This document shows, in pieces, positions 55,101 to 64,000 of a stretch of DNA of 64,000 bases. The first letter of the stretch is position 1, and each line of letters starts with the position of its first letter. The notes under the pieces were generated by a model that saw only the letters and a list, made by a program, of their open reading frames with translations, did not search any database and was not told where the DNA came from. The stretch spans positions 49,230,001 through 49,294,000 of the forward strand of contig NW_024704742.1 in assembly GCF_018977255.1 (NCBI RefSeq), given 5' to 3'. The position numbers were made by a program, and so were the translations under genes. This DNA comes from Callorhinchus milii. Taxonomy: Eukaryota.

Positions 55101-58100
55101 AGATTTGAACACTTCTTAAAGCCTTTTTAATGTCTGCTTTCGAGGACCCACTGCTGCTTTTATAGGCTGCAGGATTATTCCCTAAATTAATTCTGACCTT
55201 GACGACAGAAGAACGAGGTCAGCTGGGAGATGTTCCCCATTGGTCGCCTTCACAATATCCCCCACTGTCACCTGTATTAATCCCAGCACACAGAGGGTAA
55301 GGACACACACACACACAACACACATATGGAGAGATCAAAATGATAGATAAAACAATAATAAAAAGATAGGTTTTGGTTGTAGTGAAGATTTCAGAAGTAA
55401 AAGTGTAACATAGCAATTAGAATTCCTTTGCTGTAACGTTTTTTCCCAAAATCCATTTCATTCATGTCAGATACAATGATTTGCACTCCGAGGTTTACCA
55501 AGCTTCTTTGACATGAGAACACTATCAAACACAGAAGGTGCTGTGAATCTTTGAATACAACTCAATTCTATTTTTAAGCAAAGAAATTAAACTACCGTGG
55601 ACAGCATGGATTTGGTAACTCATCTTGAAGCGCAAAAGGTTCGGCATTTCCAATAATAGCCAAATAAATATTTTTAGTATATATTGAATCAAAAGTTACA
55701 TGTAGATAGGTGCATCTCGGATTGGCAACACTCAACCAATGATGGTCAACCAAGATCTGAAGACAAAATATGTATGTGTATGAAAAGTCCTTCAGCTGGC
55801 TTGGAAAATATATCCAATTTTAAAAGTTAGCAAAATCTGCTAGCTTTTTCAATAGATTGGAAGAAAAATTCCTTGACTGAAGTCTGGACTTCATGGTTAT
55901 GATTTTCACTCAAATACCAACACATCACCTTTCAGCAATAATTACAACCTTGAGATAAAATGGCAATGGGAGGGAATAGTAGAAATGTTTCACAAAGTTA
56001 GCACTGAAGAACTGTTTAAATGAACATTGACTGATACTGCATTTATTTCAGATATTGAGTTTTAACAAAAAACAGCTTTTGGCAATGAAAAAATAATCTA
56101 GGCTTGAATCTATGCAACCTGAATTGAAAAATGGATTTTGTAAAACAGTACTTATATCTAAAAAGCTTTTTAAGAAAATCCTCCAAGAAAATGGTATTGC
56201 AAAAACCGGAATGAACTAAATCTGCATTTGCACATTCACTTAGTGTATCGTAAATATCTGCATTTCACATGATTTGTTGAGTTTCAATCTGAAATAGACT
56301 GAATCTGGTGGCTGTCATGCAATAAATATTATTTTCCAAAATAGAATTAAAAAGGGAAATATTATAAACTAAAACAAATCCTTGTATTTAGGTGGTAAAC
56401 AGATGAGAACAGAGATATTGTTGGGTGCTTCTTTGAAAGACAATCATGCAGAACAAACCTTTTCAAACCGTAGTAAAACGTATGATTGGGGTGAGAAACA
56501 ATCTTCAAATATGTTAGTTAACACGAAGAAATAGCAAAATGTTAAAATTTGGGGGGAAATTGATCTAGTAAAGTGAAGGATAGAGGAAATAAATCATAGA
56601 TCTGAGCCCTGTAATTATGAATTGCACCTTAGAAGAGAAACCAGCATTCCCCCCAGTTAGTTGTAAAAGACCATAATGAAAGGTAGGAATTTGCTCCAGC
56701 TTCAAAAAGCGTCAAGGGTTAAGTGTACAGAGATAATTTACATGTAACCACGCCAAAATCTTATGCATTTACTTAGGTTGCAACCAGCAAGAGATAATCT
56801 GACACAAAGAACCAAAGATGTTATCCCTGCTTAAAAATTAATTTCTCCACTACACTTTTACCTTTGAATGAAGATGAAATGCATTATAAAAAGGCAAATA
56901 AAACCATTTACACTTTGCAAATCTCAACAAGCCAAAAACGGCATCGCACTCACATACCCATTTGTTCAGAGGGAAATTTTCTTCAATGAGACTTACTTTT
57001 TTTTAAAAAAAGAGAAACTAAGTTATACGCTTCATCTTCTAGCGAGCATGAAGGACACGTATGTGATTTCCATCTTGTTAAACAAGATGTTGAGTTCGCT
57101 GCATTACGAAGCCAATGAAGAATGTTGGCCTAAGTGGTTTTTACTGACCATATTAAATTATTTTACTATCCTCAATCCAGAGCTGCTTAAAACTGAGATG
57201 ATGAAAGTGCAATGGTTTTAAGCCCAGTCAGGACAGAAGCCATTAAAATTAAAATCTTATTAGTCGCTTGATTCTTGATGGCTGTCTACCGTAAAGATCT
57301 TCAACTAACTGGGTGAAATTAGAAATTTATTTTAAGGTTCTGAACAGAAAGAAGAACATTCACTCTGCATGGTCTAATTCAATTTCCCATTTTCTTGGAG
57401 CACAATTAGGAGCAGTGTAGGAGGTCGAGGCACCATTCTCTACACTTTACCCATCAGCATCTACCTGGTTGCCAGTAGCATAATATCAGCAGGTATGCGG
57501 TCTGAGTTGGCTAGTTTAATTATATCGCCACTCTCTATCTGCAAGAAACAAACTATTAAGTGGTTAACACCAGTGACTTTGAATGCAATAAGGAACTATG
57601 AAGTCTCACTCATTTTAGCAATTTGTTATAATACAACTAAAGCTACACTAAAATTCAGGATCGAGACATGTCAATGAAGTTCAGATACTATTCCTGTCAC
57701 TAAGGAACCTGAAGAACAATGGGAATTTTCAGTGTTTAACACATTACATTCAAAACATTTTAAAGCAGTTTATACATTGTCGCAATATTACAGAAAAATA
57801 ATTTACAGAACTTAGCACTTAATGGGTAAGCATGACTAACCACATTTTGGGAAACTACACAAATATCCATGACACAACTTGATATCAATTAAAACATCCA
57901 CCCACCTTAAAATTCTAGACTTGTATATCACATTATCCACTGCGCCCCTTTATGACACTTAACAAATCTTTTGACATTGACTAATGGGCAGCCGTCTTTA
58001 TGAAATTAACATTCCCTTTTGACATACTTGCCCTAGAGGGGGTGCAGCGTAGATTCACTAGGTTAGTTCCTGGAATGAGGGGACTGACCTATGAGGATAG

Positions 58101-61100
58101 GATGAATAAACTAGGGCTGTATTCTCTAGAATACAGAAGAATTATATTAAATATGAAACATATAAGATTCTTAAAGGGCTGGATAAAATAGACACTGAGG
58201 GTCTGTTTCCCCGGGTAGGAGAATCTATAACCAGGGCTCACAGTCTTAAAATTAAGGGTCAGCCTTTTAGAACAGAGTTGAGGAAACATTTCTTCACTCA
58301 GAGGGTAGTGAATTTATGGAATTCACTACCCCGGAAGGCTGTAGATGCTCAGTCCTTGAACATCTTCAAGGCTGAGACTGATAGATTTTTACAAAATAGA
58401 GGGATTAGGGATATGGGGATAGGGCAGGTAGTTGAGTTAGGTCAGAAGATCTGCCATGATCTTATTGAATGGCGGGGCAGGCTCGAGGGGCCAATTGGCC
58501 TACTCCTGCTCCTAATTATTATGTTCTTATGTTCTTCTCTACTCCTAGCTCATCCTGTGGTTAAAGTACTGTACATCTGAAGCTGGATTATTTTTAGTTA
58601 AACAACACTCTCTAATGCCAGTTTTTGATGAATTTCAAAATGTTGCTCAAAATTCCTGCAAAATAAAAGTTCCTGCAAAAGATTACAAGGTTACAAAAGT
58701 CTGAATCTTAAATCTATTAATGGTTTGAAAGGAACTTGCTTACATCTCTCGTGTCATTGATTTGTCCAAACTCCTTGCAGGAGCACTTTATGATTTTGCT
58801 AGGTTTTAACTGGCAAAAACACACAAGGTTTCTGTACGAGTTTGACAAGCTCAAACCCAGCGTACAACCCTGACTTTCTAATAAAGCCCAAAGTGGAACA
58901 TGGCTGCATGGAACAGCACCAATCAATCAATAAAATGTAAAAATATCCCAGCGCTCAGACTGAATGTAAGCACTTGTGGGCTGAGCTGCCTGTTGTTTTT
59001 AAAGCTGTTTGTTCTACAGTGACTTTCCAACCTGAAGTTATAACAGCTTTTTGTGTAAGTGGAAGTAATGGATTAAATAATAGTTTCAAACCACTTTTGA
59101 CATTGTTTTTTATAACTAGATTGCCAGGAAGTCTGTCTTTTTGTGCTCAAAATCAGGCCTGATAGGCATATAATAACAGAGGGGAGAGTTTTCACCATGG
59201 ATGAACAATAGCCTGAAATGTTTCCTTAAATCAATCCAATTGCATTCAAAACTCCCTAATCACATTACAAGAATTCCGATTTATTGCATCTGCATAACAA
59301 GGCGCTGATGCGTGTATGTGGTAACTGGAAATTTCAATTCTTTTTCTAAAACTGAAGACTTGTATAGTGGTGCTAAGTAAGCATACAATTCTTATGATCA
59401 TCTCAAAAAGATGAACAACAAAACCTTATTAAGTTAAGAAGTACAGCATGTGAATCTTTTTTTAAAAAAGGCATCCAATCCAATTAACCTAAAATTTTGC
59501 CCACAAAATATACAGTCAATTCACTTCACAGTATATTCTGTAAAGCACTTTGAGACATCCAGAAGACATGATAAGGCGCTGTATCAAATGCAAAGATTAA
59601 TATTATTAAAATTTATACATTTAAAAAAATACACATCTTCCAAAGCTTTTTTGTGCACTTAATTAATGAAATTGTGTCTACTCTCAGTGTTTTACTAAAT
59701 TGCCACATGAGAAGGAATTGAGGGTCTTTTGAAACTGGTATGTAGAACAGAACAACAACAACAAAATGCAACAAAATTACATTTGTACAGCACCTTTCAC
59801 ATCTCCAAAAATATCAAATTACAACTGTTCCATCATCAAAAGTTTGTAATACATATTTAGTTTTTCATAGTGGGTCCCATGACAGGCCTGTCTTAGCTGA
59901 GCAGTGGTGGTAGCCAATGGGTATGAGGAGGTCAGGGTGATAGGGAGCTGCCAGGCTATGAAAGCAATTGTGTGAGGACCTTGAAGTCGATCTGTCAGAG
60001 ACAGGGAAGGAGCCAGTGGAGCCTGATCAAGGGTTGGGGTGATGAAATACAATTTAAAGTAGAAGAAAATAGAGTGAGTCTTAAGAACTTGGCAGATGGA
60101 TTTATCAATACTGAAATGCTCAATCATTAGGTTCTCTATTTGGTCATCTTGATTGCTGTAGGATGGTTTGAGATACCTGGGCAGGATGCCAGCATTTTAA
60201 TTACTAAGATTCCAGGCAGTCAATTCCTCACAAAAGCTTGAAGAATAATTGGTGCAAATCCATACGATTTAAAAAAACATTAACAACTTGTCCATATTTA
60301 TGCAACATTGTAGAGGATTGCACCTGATTATTAATAAGTGGTGCTGGTAACATGATGCAGTACATTTTATCTGCAACCCCTGTCCTGTAATGTTATTTTC
60401 CCCATGAACTATTAGATTTAAAAGAATCTTCACAATCTTTTGTGCCAACCAATTTCCTAGTTTGATCATCTTCAGTGAAAAGGCTCGATTCTCATTTTAA
60501 TTTTATTACAATCTCCAAACAGCCTAATAAAGGAGTACCATCAATAGTCATGAAGTCACTGATCCCGTGACCTGCCGCACCGCCAGCAAGTTTTGAAGCC
60601 GCAATTCACATGTTGGAACCGGCTGACTTTCAGCAAGTATTAGATTTTTGTTAATCAATGTAAGTACTCCCCAATTGTGAGTATAAATAAACCCATGTTA
60701 TGATGGGGTTCTGAAGTTGTAGGAAACTGATGGTTTTGAACGTGGTGCAAACTGAAGAACTTGACATTCAACTGAAAGTAAAATCCACAGGACGGGAACA
60801 TCCATCATATTATTTCAAGTGTGTCGAGTCCTCAAGACTCACTCTATTTTCTTTTGCTTTAAACAGTCCTCATAAACTCAGATTTATTCCCATTTACCAT
60901 CTATTTCATCATAACAGAACTGGGTAATGCAATAGAGCAACTCCTTCAGCTAAATCAAGTCTGACAGATACTAATGCTCTGCTCTGTACGGTTTCTATGG
61001 AAACCTCTCATAAAGACAAGGTGGTGGCTGTCCCTCACATGTTGTGCTGTTCTTTTCTCTTTCTGGCTCACGTCCAATGTTTATAGTGACACTCTTTTCT

Positions 61101-63155
61101 CAGGGGAGAGATGGACTGAACCTCATTAACATATTCTTCTCTGCTGTGATTAATAGTAAAACAAACACTGGCTGGATATACATGAATGTGCTCATTAATT
61201 TTTTTTCCCTGACACAAATATTCATCATCTTAGAAAACACTAAGCGCTTTCATCAGATAAATGATGAGTATGGTCACTCGTTCAGATTGCACGGGTGATA
61301 AACATACCCCATCAGTTTCACACTTAACTAGTTTTGATAAAGTAAAATAAAAAATACATACCTTCTCCCAGTGAATGATTTCCCAAGCACCATTTCTCAG
61401 CACTGTAGATGAAAGCCAAAGAATTAAACCAGGTTAATTGGAGATTTACAACTGAGGAATAAAAACTACTGTTATTTATATTCCAGAATGTAATGAAACA
61501 CAAAGCAGAGTTGAAACATTGATTCAATATCCACATTGCAAGGCCAATAGTACATCAATATTTGTAGAAAACAATCTATAAAATGTATTCATATTTTCTT
61601 TATTAAACTCCACATCAGTATAGTTTTGTTTCATCTATGACCTACATGGTCAGCATTAAACAATAAACCACTTTACAGTCTTAAGATTGACAGCAAGTCT
61701 AATTGTTAAAACAGAAAATTCACACAGCTTAGTAAAACACGCTGTTTCTTCACGGACCCGAGGGAGACATTATTGACAACCTGAGACTCCAGAGAAACCA
61801 TGATTGATGAATACACACACCAGCCTGAGGGCATTAAGCCGTACAGATCTGAGTTAACTGATCTCAAGATTGGCTCTTGTGTTCCCAAGTTTAAACTGCC
61901 AACAATCACAGCCACTGCAAATGGCATAAACGGAAACTTGGGTGATGTGATTGAGGACAACCAGCAACCTTGACATCATACCCTAGTAAAAAGAAAACCT
62001 AAAACAAGATAGGAGAGGAGAATTTAAGAGAATCATTGGCAATAGAAAAGCTATCTATATTTGCAGGCACACTATTGTTCTTTCTGCCAGGCTGAACAGA
62101 GGCAAATATTTATTTGTCCATCAGTGCCTTCAGTCTTTAACTCTCCAGATTTACAAATGCTTTGCAGTTTCTTACAAAAAATGAAAATTGTTGGATATAT
62201 TTTTGAAATATTATCAAATGTATTGACCTATGTGTACACCTGGCAATGAAATATCCTATGTAGACTTTGAAAGAAAAGCACGTATTTGATGTTTTCTAAA
62301 TGTCTTTTCAAAACAAGTACTCTTTAATTGAAAATTAGCAGGGGCAGCCCCTATAGTACAGCTGATTAAGCTGCAGTTTAGTCGCTGGTTTGAATCCCGG
62401 TCTGGGCTGAGTTTGCTGGTCTCAATCAGGGCTGATGGGAAGACTAAATTGATCCCAGCCTTCCCAGGGTAAAGGAAGGGAAAACCATCAGAGTTCCTGC
62501 TCCTGATCCTTCTGCAGGTTGTGCACATGTGACAACCAGTTAGGTAGAGCTGCAAGATCCTCTATGGTTGAGTGGCCTGCCCACATTCATTGCCAAGGCT
62601 CACCCATGAACAATGTCCATGTGTGCAGCATAGTAGAGGGCAACCAGCACACATGGAAACACACCCCAGCAAGAACGGACCAGATTAGGAGCAGAGGCAC
62701 GTACTCAAGAAAATTAGACAAATAATTGGATCTACCAAATAGGCAAAACAAATTAAGAGAATGCTCAGAACGATAAAACTGTAGAACACTTTTTCTGGAA
62801 TACTTGTATGAAAGGACAAAAGGAAGATAATTCTGCACTAGCCTCAAAGTCTTATCCTTGCTGCTGAGATCTGATATTTTTGTACCTGAAGTTGTAACCT
62901 GCAAATCTAGTATGGTTCAAGCTCCAGTGTCAATCTTCATTCATGGCACTATTATGTTCCAATGCAGAACTTGAACCCATTGAGATATTATACCATCAAT
63001 ATCAGTGGAGGATTTTGATGTCTTGCAAATCTAATTTTACTGAAATAAATTGCAAAAGTTTCTTTTAGTGAAAATCATTAGCATTACAGTATCAACAGCA
63101 TGCCCTTACCTTGTGCTTTTCTCTTGTTTACTGTATTATCAGCGCTGTGCCTTTT
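4083..63155 (-). CDS. ATP8A1: ATP8A-subfamily P4-ATPase (phospholipid flippase, ATP8A1-like); internal part of a multi-exon gene, both ends outside the window
   Basis: 17 exons with GT-AG boundaries and compatible phases; 16 join to 1396 nt without stops. Motifs [63 protein letters not shown]. Family is certain; orthology (ATP8A1 vs a third paralogue) is not. Confidence 0.93.
9171..9240 (-). CDS. ATP8A1: ATP8A exon, 70 nt, [23 protein letters not shown]
   Basis: cacccag|TGAAAG...AGCG|gtaagc. Confidence 0.97.
9343..9432. repeat. 18-bp minisatellite, about 4-5 degenerate units (agtggaggagYgcttaac)
   Basis: Units at 9361, 9379, 9397 and 9415. Confidence 0.8.
13090..14548 (+). mobile_element. 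L2-clade LINE (second subfamily), decayed RT domain with (GTT)n tail
   Basis: [43 protein letters not shown] with frameshifts. Confidence 0.92.
14555..14768 (+). mobile_element. CR1 3' end
   Basis: tggaatgcattgcctgaaaaggtggtggaagc...ttctatgaatctatga tail. Confidence 0.85.
14787..14963 (-). mobile_element. L2 3' UTR fragment
   Basis: (CAA)n tail; near-identical to about 31630-31810. Confidence 0.85.
16527..16884 (-). mobile_element. tRNA-derived SINE, long form
   Basis: A/B-box head (tcagtggttagagc...ggttcaattcc), central segment ctgtttacctagcagtaagtaggaacc, tail aaatgcaaggattagtatt. Confidence 0.85.
20376..20680 (-). mobile_element. tRNA-derived SINE, short form, full length
   Basis: gtggagtcctgtagcgcagtggttagagc head; aaatgcaagga(TTA)n tail. 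Confidence 0.9.
20975..21750 (-). mobile_element. L2 fragment with internal deletion
   Basis: [16 protein letters not shown] and [10 protein letters not shown]; homologous to 120-1030. Confidence 0.9.
22239..22288 (-). CDS. ATP8A1: ATP8A exon, 50 nt, [16 protein letters not shown](S)
   Basis: ccatacag|CTTCAG...CAAG|gtaaca. Confidence 0.95.
23347..23429 (-). CDS. ATP8A1: ATP8A exon, 83 nt, (D)[27 protein letters not shown]
   Basis: ccttacag|ATGAAG...ATGT|gtaagt. Confidence 0.96.
24325..25050 (-). mobile_element. L2 3' fragment
   Basis: (CAA)n tail; same subfamily as 84-1272. Confidence 0.9.
26935..27325 (+). mobile_element. Old SacSINE1/Deu-type SINE
   Basis: tagcactcttgttctgagtcagaag...gtggacgttaaagatccc...gctatgtgcaaattagc. 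Confidence 0.75.
27660..28040 (-). mobile_element. Old L2 3' fragment
   Basis: acaacaacttgc tail; [15 protein letters not shown] C-terminus. Confidence 0.7.
29140..30810 (-). mobile_element. L2 with large internal deletion and a 170-bp foreign insert
   Basis: [17 protein letters not shown] (29206-29979), [16 protein letters not shown] (about 30300-30360), PWYT (about 30650). Confidence 0.85.
30411..31219. repeat. Inverted repeat, arms 30411-30580 and 31052-31219
   Basis: Manual alignment: 17 mismatches and one 2-nt gap over 170 bp. Confidence 0.93.
31630..32321 (-). mobile_element. L2 3' fragment (third subfamily)
   Basis: (CAA)n tail; [14 protein letters not shown]-terminus; 11-bp tandem duplication ctggcgatatt at the 5' junction. 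Confidence 0.9.
32430..32535 (-). CDS. ATP8A1: ATP8A exon, 106 nt, [35 protein letters not shown](D)
   Basis: ttttgtag|GTTACC...CCAG|gtgaga. Confidence 0.96.
32835..33105 (+). mobile_element. Old SacSINE1/Deu-type SINE fragment
   Basis: ctccgagtcagaagattgtgg...gcactgcatcgttggaggtgcc...gttaaagatcc. Confidence 0.7.
38608..39008 (+). mobile_element. L2 3' fragment, same subfamily as 13090-14548
   Basis: Near-identical to 14150-14548; (GTT)n tail. Confidence 0.9.
40852..41205 (-). mobile_element. tRNA-derived SINE, long form
   Basis: gtggagtccc head, central segment at about 41031-41098, (TTA)n tail. Confidence 0.85.
41617..41683 (-). CDS. ATP8A1: ATP8A exon, 67 nt, [22 protein letters not shown]
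   Basis: ccttttag|TCATGA...ACAT|gtaagt; phase 2 to 0 bridges its neighbours; F.D..LL.NL...H pattern. Confidence 0.88.
43149..43237 (-). CDS. ATP8A1: ATP8A exon, 89 nt, [29 protein letters not shown](G) (phosphorylation site DKTGT)
   Basis: tttttcag|GTGAAA...ATGG|gtcagt. Confidence 0.98.
43531..43608 (-). CDS. ATP8A1: ATP8A exon, 78 nt, [26 protein letters not shown]
   Basis: ctactag|GATGAA...ACAG|gtaaag. Confidence 0.96.
43624..44630 (-). mobile_element. CR1 3' fragment with nested SINE
   Basis: [21 protein letters not shown] (ORF 44377-44601); (TTCTTATG)n tail at 43624-43644. Confidence 0.9.
43906..44220 (+). mobile_element. tRNA-derived SINE, short form, full length, inserted in CR1
   Basis: gtggagtcctgtagctcagtggttagagc...ggttcaattcc; (TTA)n tail. 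Confidence 0.92.
45168..45295 (-). CDS. ATP8A1: ATP8A exon, 128 nt, (G)[42 protein letters not shown] (TM4, PISL)
   Basis: ttttacag|GCAAAG...CTGG|gtaagc. Confidence 0.97.
45610..46190 (+). mobile_element. Old Deu-type SINE interrupted by an L2 3' end (about 45830-45984)
   Basis: gggactttgagctcatagtttaggctgac...; L2 tail with (GTT)n; Deu-type sequence resumes near 45990. Confidence 0.65.
46378..46645 (+). mobile_element. L2 3' fragment
   Basis: gccttcagcc...ctgtggaactcc...ttcaaagtgcatctcaaaacc...aagcgctttacaaatgta. Confidence 0.8.
47762..47927 (-). CDS. ATP8A1: ATP8A exon, 166 nt, [55 protein letters not shown] (TM3)
   Basis: ttttcag|AATACT...ACTG|gtgagt; lies within ORF 47646-47984. Confidence 0.95.
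48321..48643 (-). mobile_element. tRNA-derived SINE, short form, full length
   Basis: Reverse complement closely matches 43906-44220. Confidence 0.92.
50561..50675 (-). CDS. ATP8A1: ATP8A exon, 115 nt (112 nt if the downstream GAG acceptor is used), [38 protein letters not shown]
   Basis: ctactag|GAG|CACC...GCAG|gtatgc; LLRG..LRNT and YTGHDTK motifs. Confidence 0.95.
51002..51205 (+). mobile_element. tRNA-derived SINE, long form, 3'-truncated
   Basis: gtggagtcctgtagc head plus central segment. Confidence 0.8.
51250..51480 (-). mobile_element. CR1 3' end, finishing about 35 nt from the exon donor at 51515
   Basis: atcatacagcacagaaggagaccatttggcc; [14 protein letters not shown] peptide. Confidence 0.8.
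51516..51643 (-). CDS. ATP8A1: ATP8A exon, 128 nt, [42 protein letters not shown]
   Basis: tctctccag|GGTCTA...CAAG|gtaaac; ECE.PN..LY.F.G pattern. Confidence 0.93.
51810..52262 (+). mobile_element. Old L2 3' fragment
   Basis: ctctggaactcc...tttaaatcccacctt...gcaagttgtcgtt tail. Confidence 0.7.
52880..52949 (-). CDS. ATP8A1: ATP8A exon, 70 nt, [23 protein letters not shown] (A-domain DGET)
   Basis: atatcag|TGAACC...ACAG|gtaaga; P4-ATPase DGET motif. Confidence 0.97.
55198..55271 (-). CDS. ATP8A1: Mutually exclusive exon B, 74 nt, [24 protein letters not shown](S)
   Basis: aatacag|GTGACA...CAAG|gtcaga; matches [19 protein letters not shown]. Confidence 0.95.
57465..57538 (-). CDS. ATP8A1: Mutually exclusive exon A, 74 nt, [24 protein letters not shown](S)
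   Basis: ttcttgcag|ATAGAG...ACCAG|gtagat; same length and phase as 55198-55271; keeps the GDI..PAD..LL pattern. Confidence 0.85.
58020..58536 (+). mobile_element. CR1 3' fragment
   Basis: [33 protein letters not shown]; ttatgttcttatgttctt tail. Confidence 0.92.
61362..61402 (-). CDS. ATP8A1: ATP8A exon, 41 nt, (V)[13 protein letters not shown]
   Basis: ctacag|TGCTG...GAAG|gtatgt; ATP8A1-type GAWEI.HWEK. Confidence 0.95.
62340..62520 (+). mobile_element. Ancient SINE-like repeat; related remnants at about 63400-63545 and 52680-52850
   Basis: B-box-like ggtttgaatccc; the motif gttcctgctcctgatc recurs at about 63530. Confidence 0.45.
63110..63155 (-). CDS. ATP8A1: ATP8A exon, 46 nt, [15 protein letters not shown](V)
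   Basis: ttttgcag|AAAAGG...CAAG|gtaagg; matches KRHKADNAVNKK of ATP8A proteins. Confidence 0.93.
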
Positions 63156-64000
63156 CTGCAAAAAGCAAACAAACTTGATTAGATCAGGTTTGTGGACAGG
63201 ACGATAGCACTGGATTGCGGCTGATTTCATGTAAGAGTTGCCACTTTCTATGAATTAAGCCAGCAGACCCAATAGAAAAGCAAAACAGCTGTGTGGGTGG
63301 AAACGCAAAAGTTAATTACATGAAAGTGTTTTAAGAAAGTACAAGCTAACCCGGTGACCCAGCAGGAACAGCGATCACCTGGGTACAATAATGAAGGGTC
63401 CCAAAGATACGAACCACAGTTGCGATGAATTAGCTCAAGCCAAGCAGTTGGAGCAGCGTAAGTTCGTTTTGTATCTAATAGGTTTGGGGATGGTGGGGAG
63501 GGAACGGAAAGGAAAAAAAATAGTCAAGGTTCCTGCTCCTGATCTCACACATTGGGCTCTTCTCTTCTAACAGCACGACAAGTCGACTGCCCCATTTGTC
63601 CTCACAGCTGATCTACAGACAAACTACCAGTGGACTGTAAATAAGTGGTGATGCTTAAACTAATACAAATACGCACCCTCTTTTAAGTAATCACAATACA
63701 TTCAGATTATGGTACTGTGAGCAAAAGATGAGCTTTGTAAAGTGGAGAATGAGCACAAAATACATACTTTTATTAAAGATGAAATCATATCAAGTATCAT
63801 TTAAATGTGATTGCACAACAGCAGAAACAGCATCAACTAACAAATGGTAAACATTAACTTAGTAACAGTAACTGCTGACACCCTCAAAAGACAAGCTAGC
63901 TCAGTTCTTGATCAAATTACTGTAAATGACAAGGTAGGTGCAATGTGGGAAGAGGCATGTTATTTCTATGGTGTTAATAGCATGGGGGAGCGAGGGATGT

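Noticed and set aside
62587..62904. 105-aa minus-strand ORF as an extra exon
   Set aside because: No similarity to ATP8A; the flanking exons already join in frame without it.

Overview
Vertebrate genomic DNA with no prokaryotic features. The repeat content (abundant L2 and CR1 LINEs, SacSINE1/Deu-type SINEs and a younger tRNA-derived SINE with a (TTA)n tail) suggests a cartilaginous fish, possibly a chimaera; this is inference. The window lies inside one minus-strand gene encoding a P4-type phospholipid flippase of the ATP8A subfamily, closest to ATP8A1. I read 17 GT-AG exons by hand. Sixteen of them splice into a continuous 1396-nt frame (465 codons) running from KRHSADN through DGET, the TM3/TM4 PISL motif, DKTGT and the N-domain to FATEG. 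Two 74-nt exons are frame-enforced mutually exclusive alternatives. Most interesting: (1) the protein looks too divergent and mosaic for a straightforward ATP8A1 orthologue and may be a third ATP8A paralogue; (2) the mutually exclusive A-domain exons; (3) a CR1 tail forming the polypyrimidine tract of a coding exon; (4) an inverted 170-bp copy of neighbouring DNA inserted into an L2. Almost all ORFs in the supplied track are LINE/SINE debris or chance. Repeat boundaries are approximate, and comparisons with human proteins rely on recalled sequences, not a database search.
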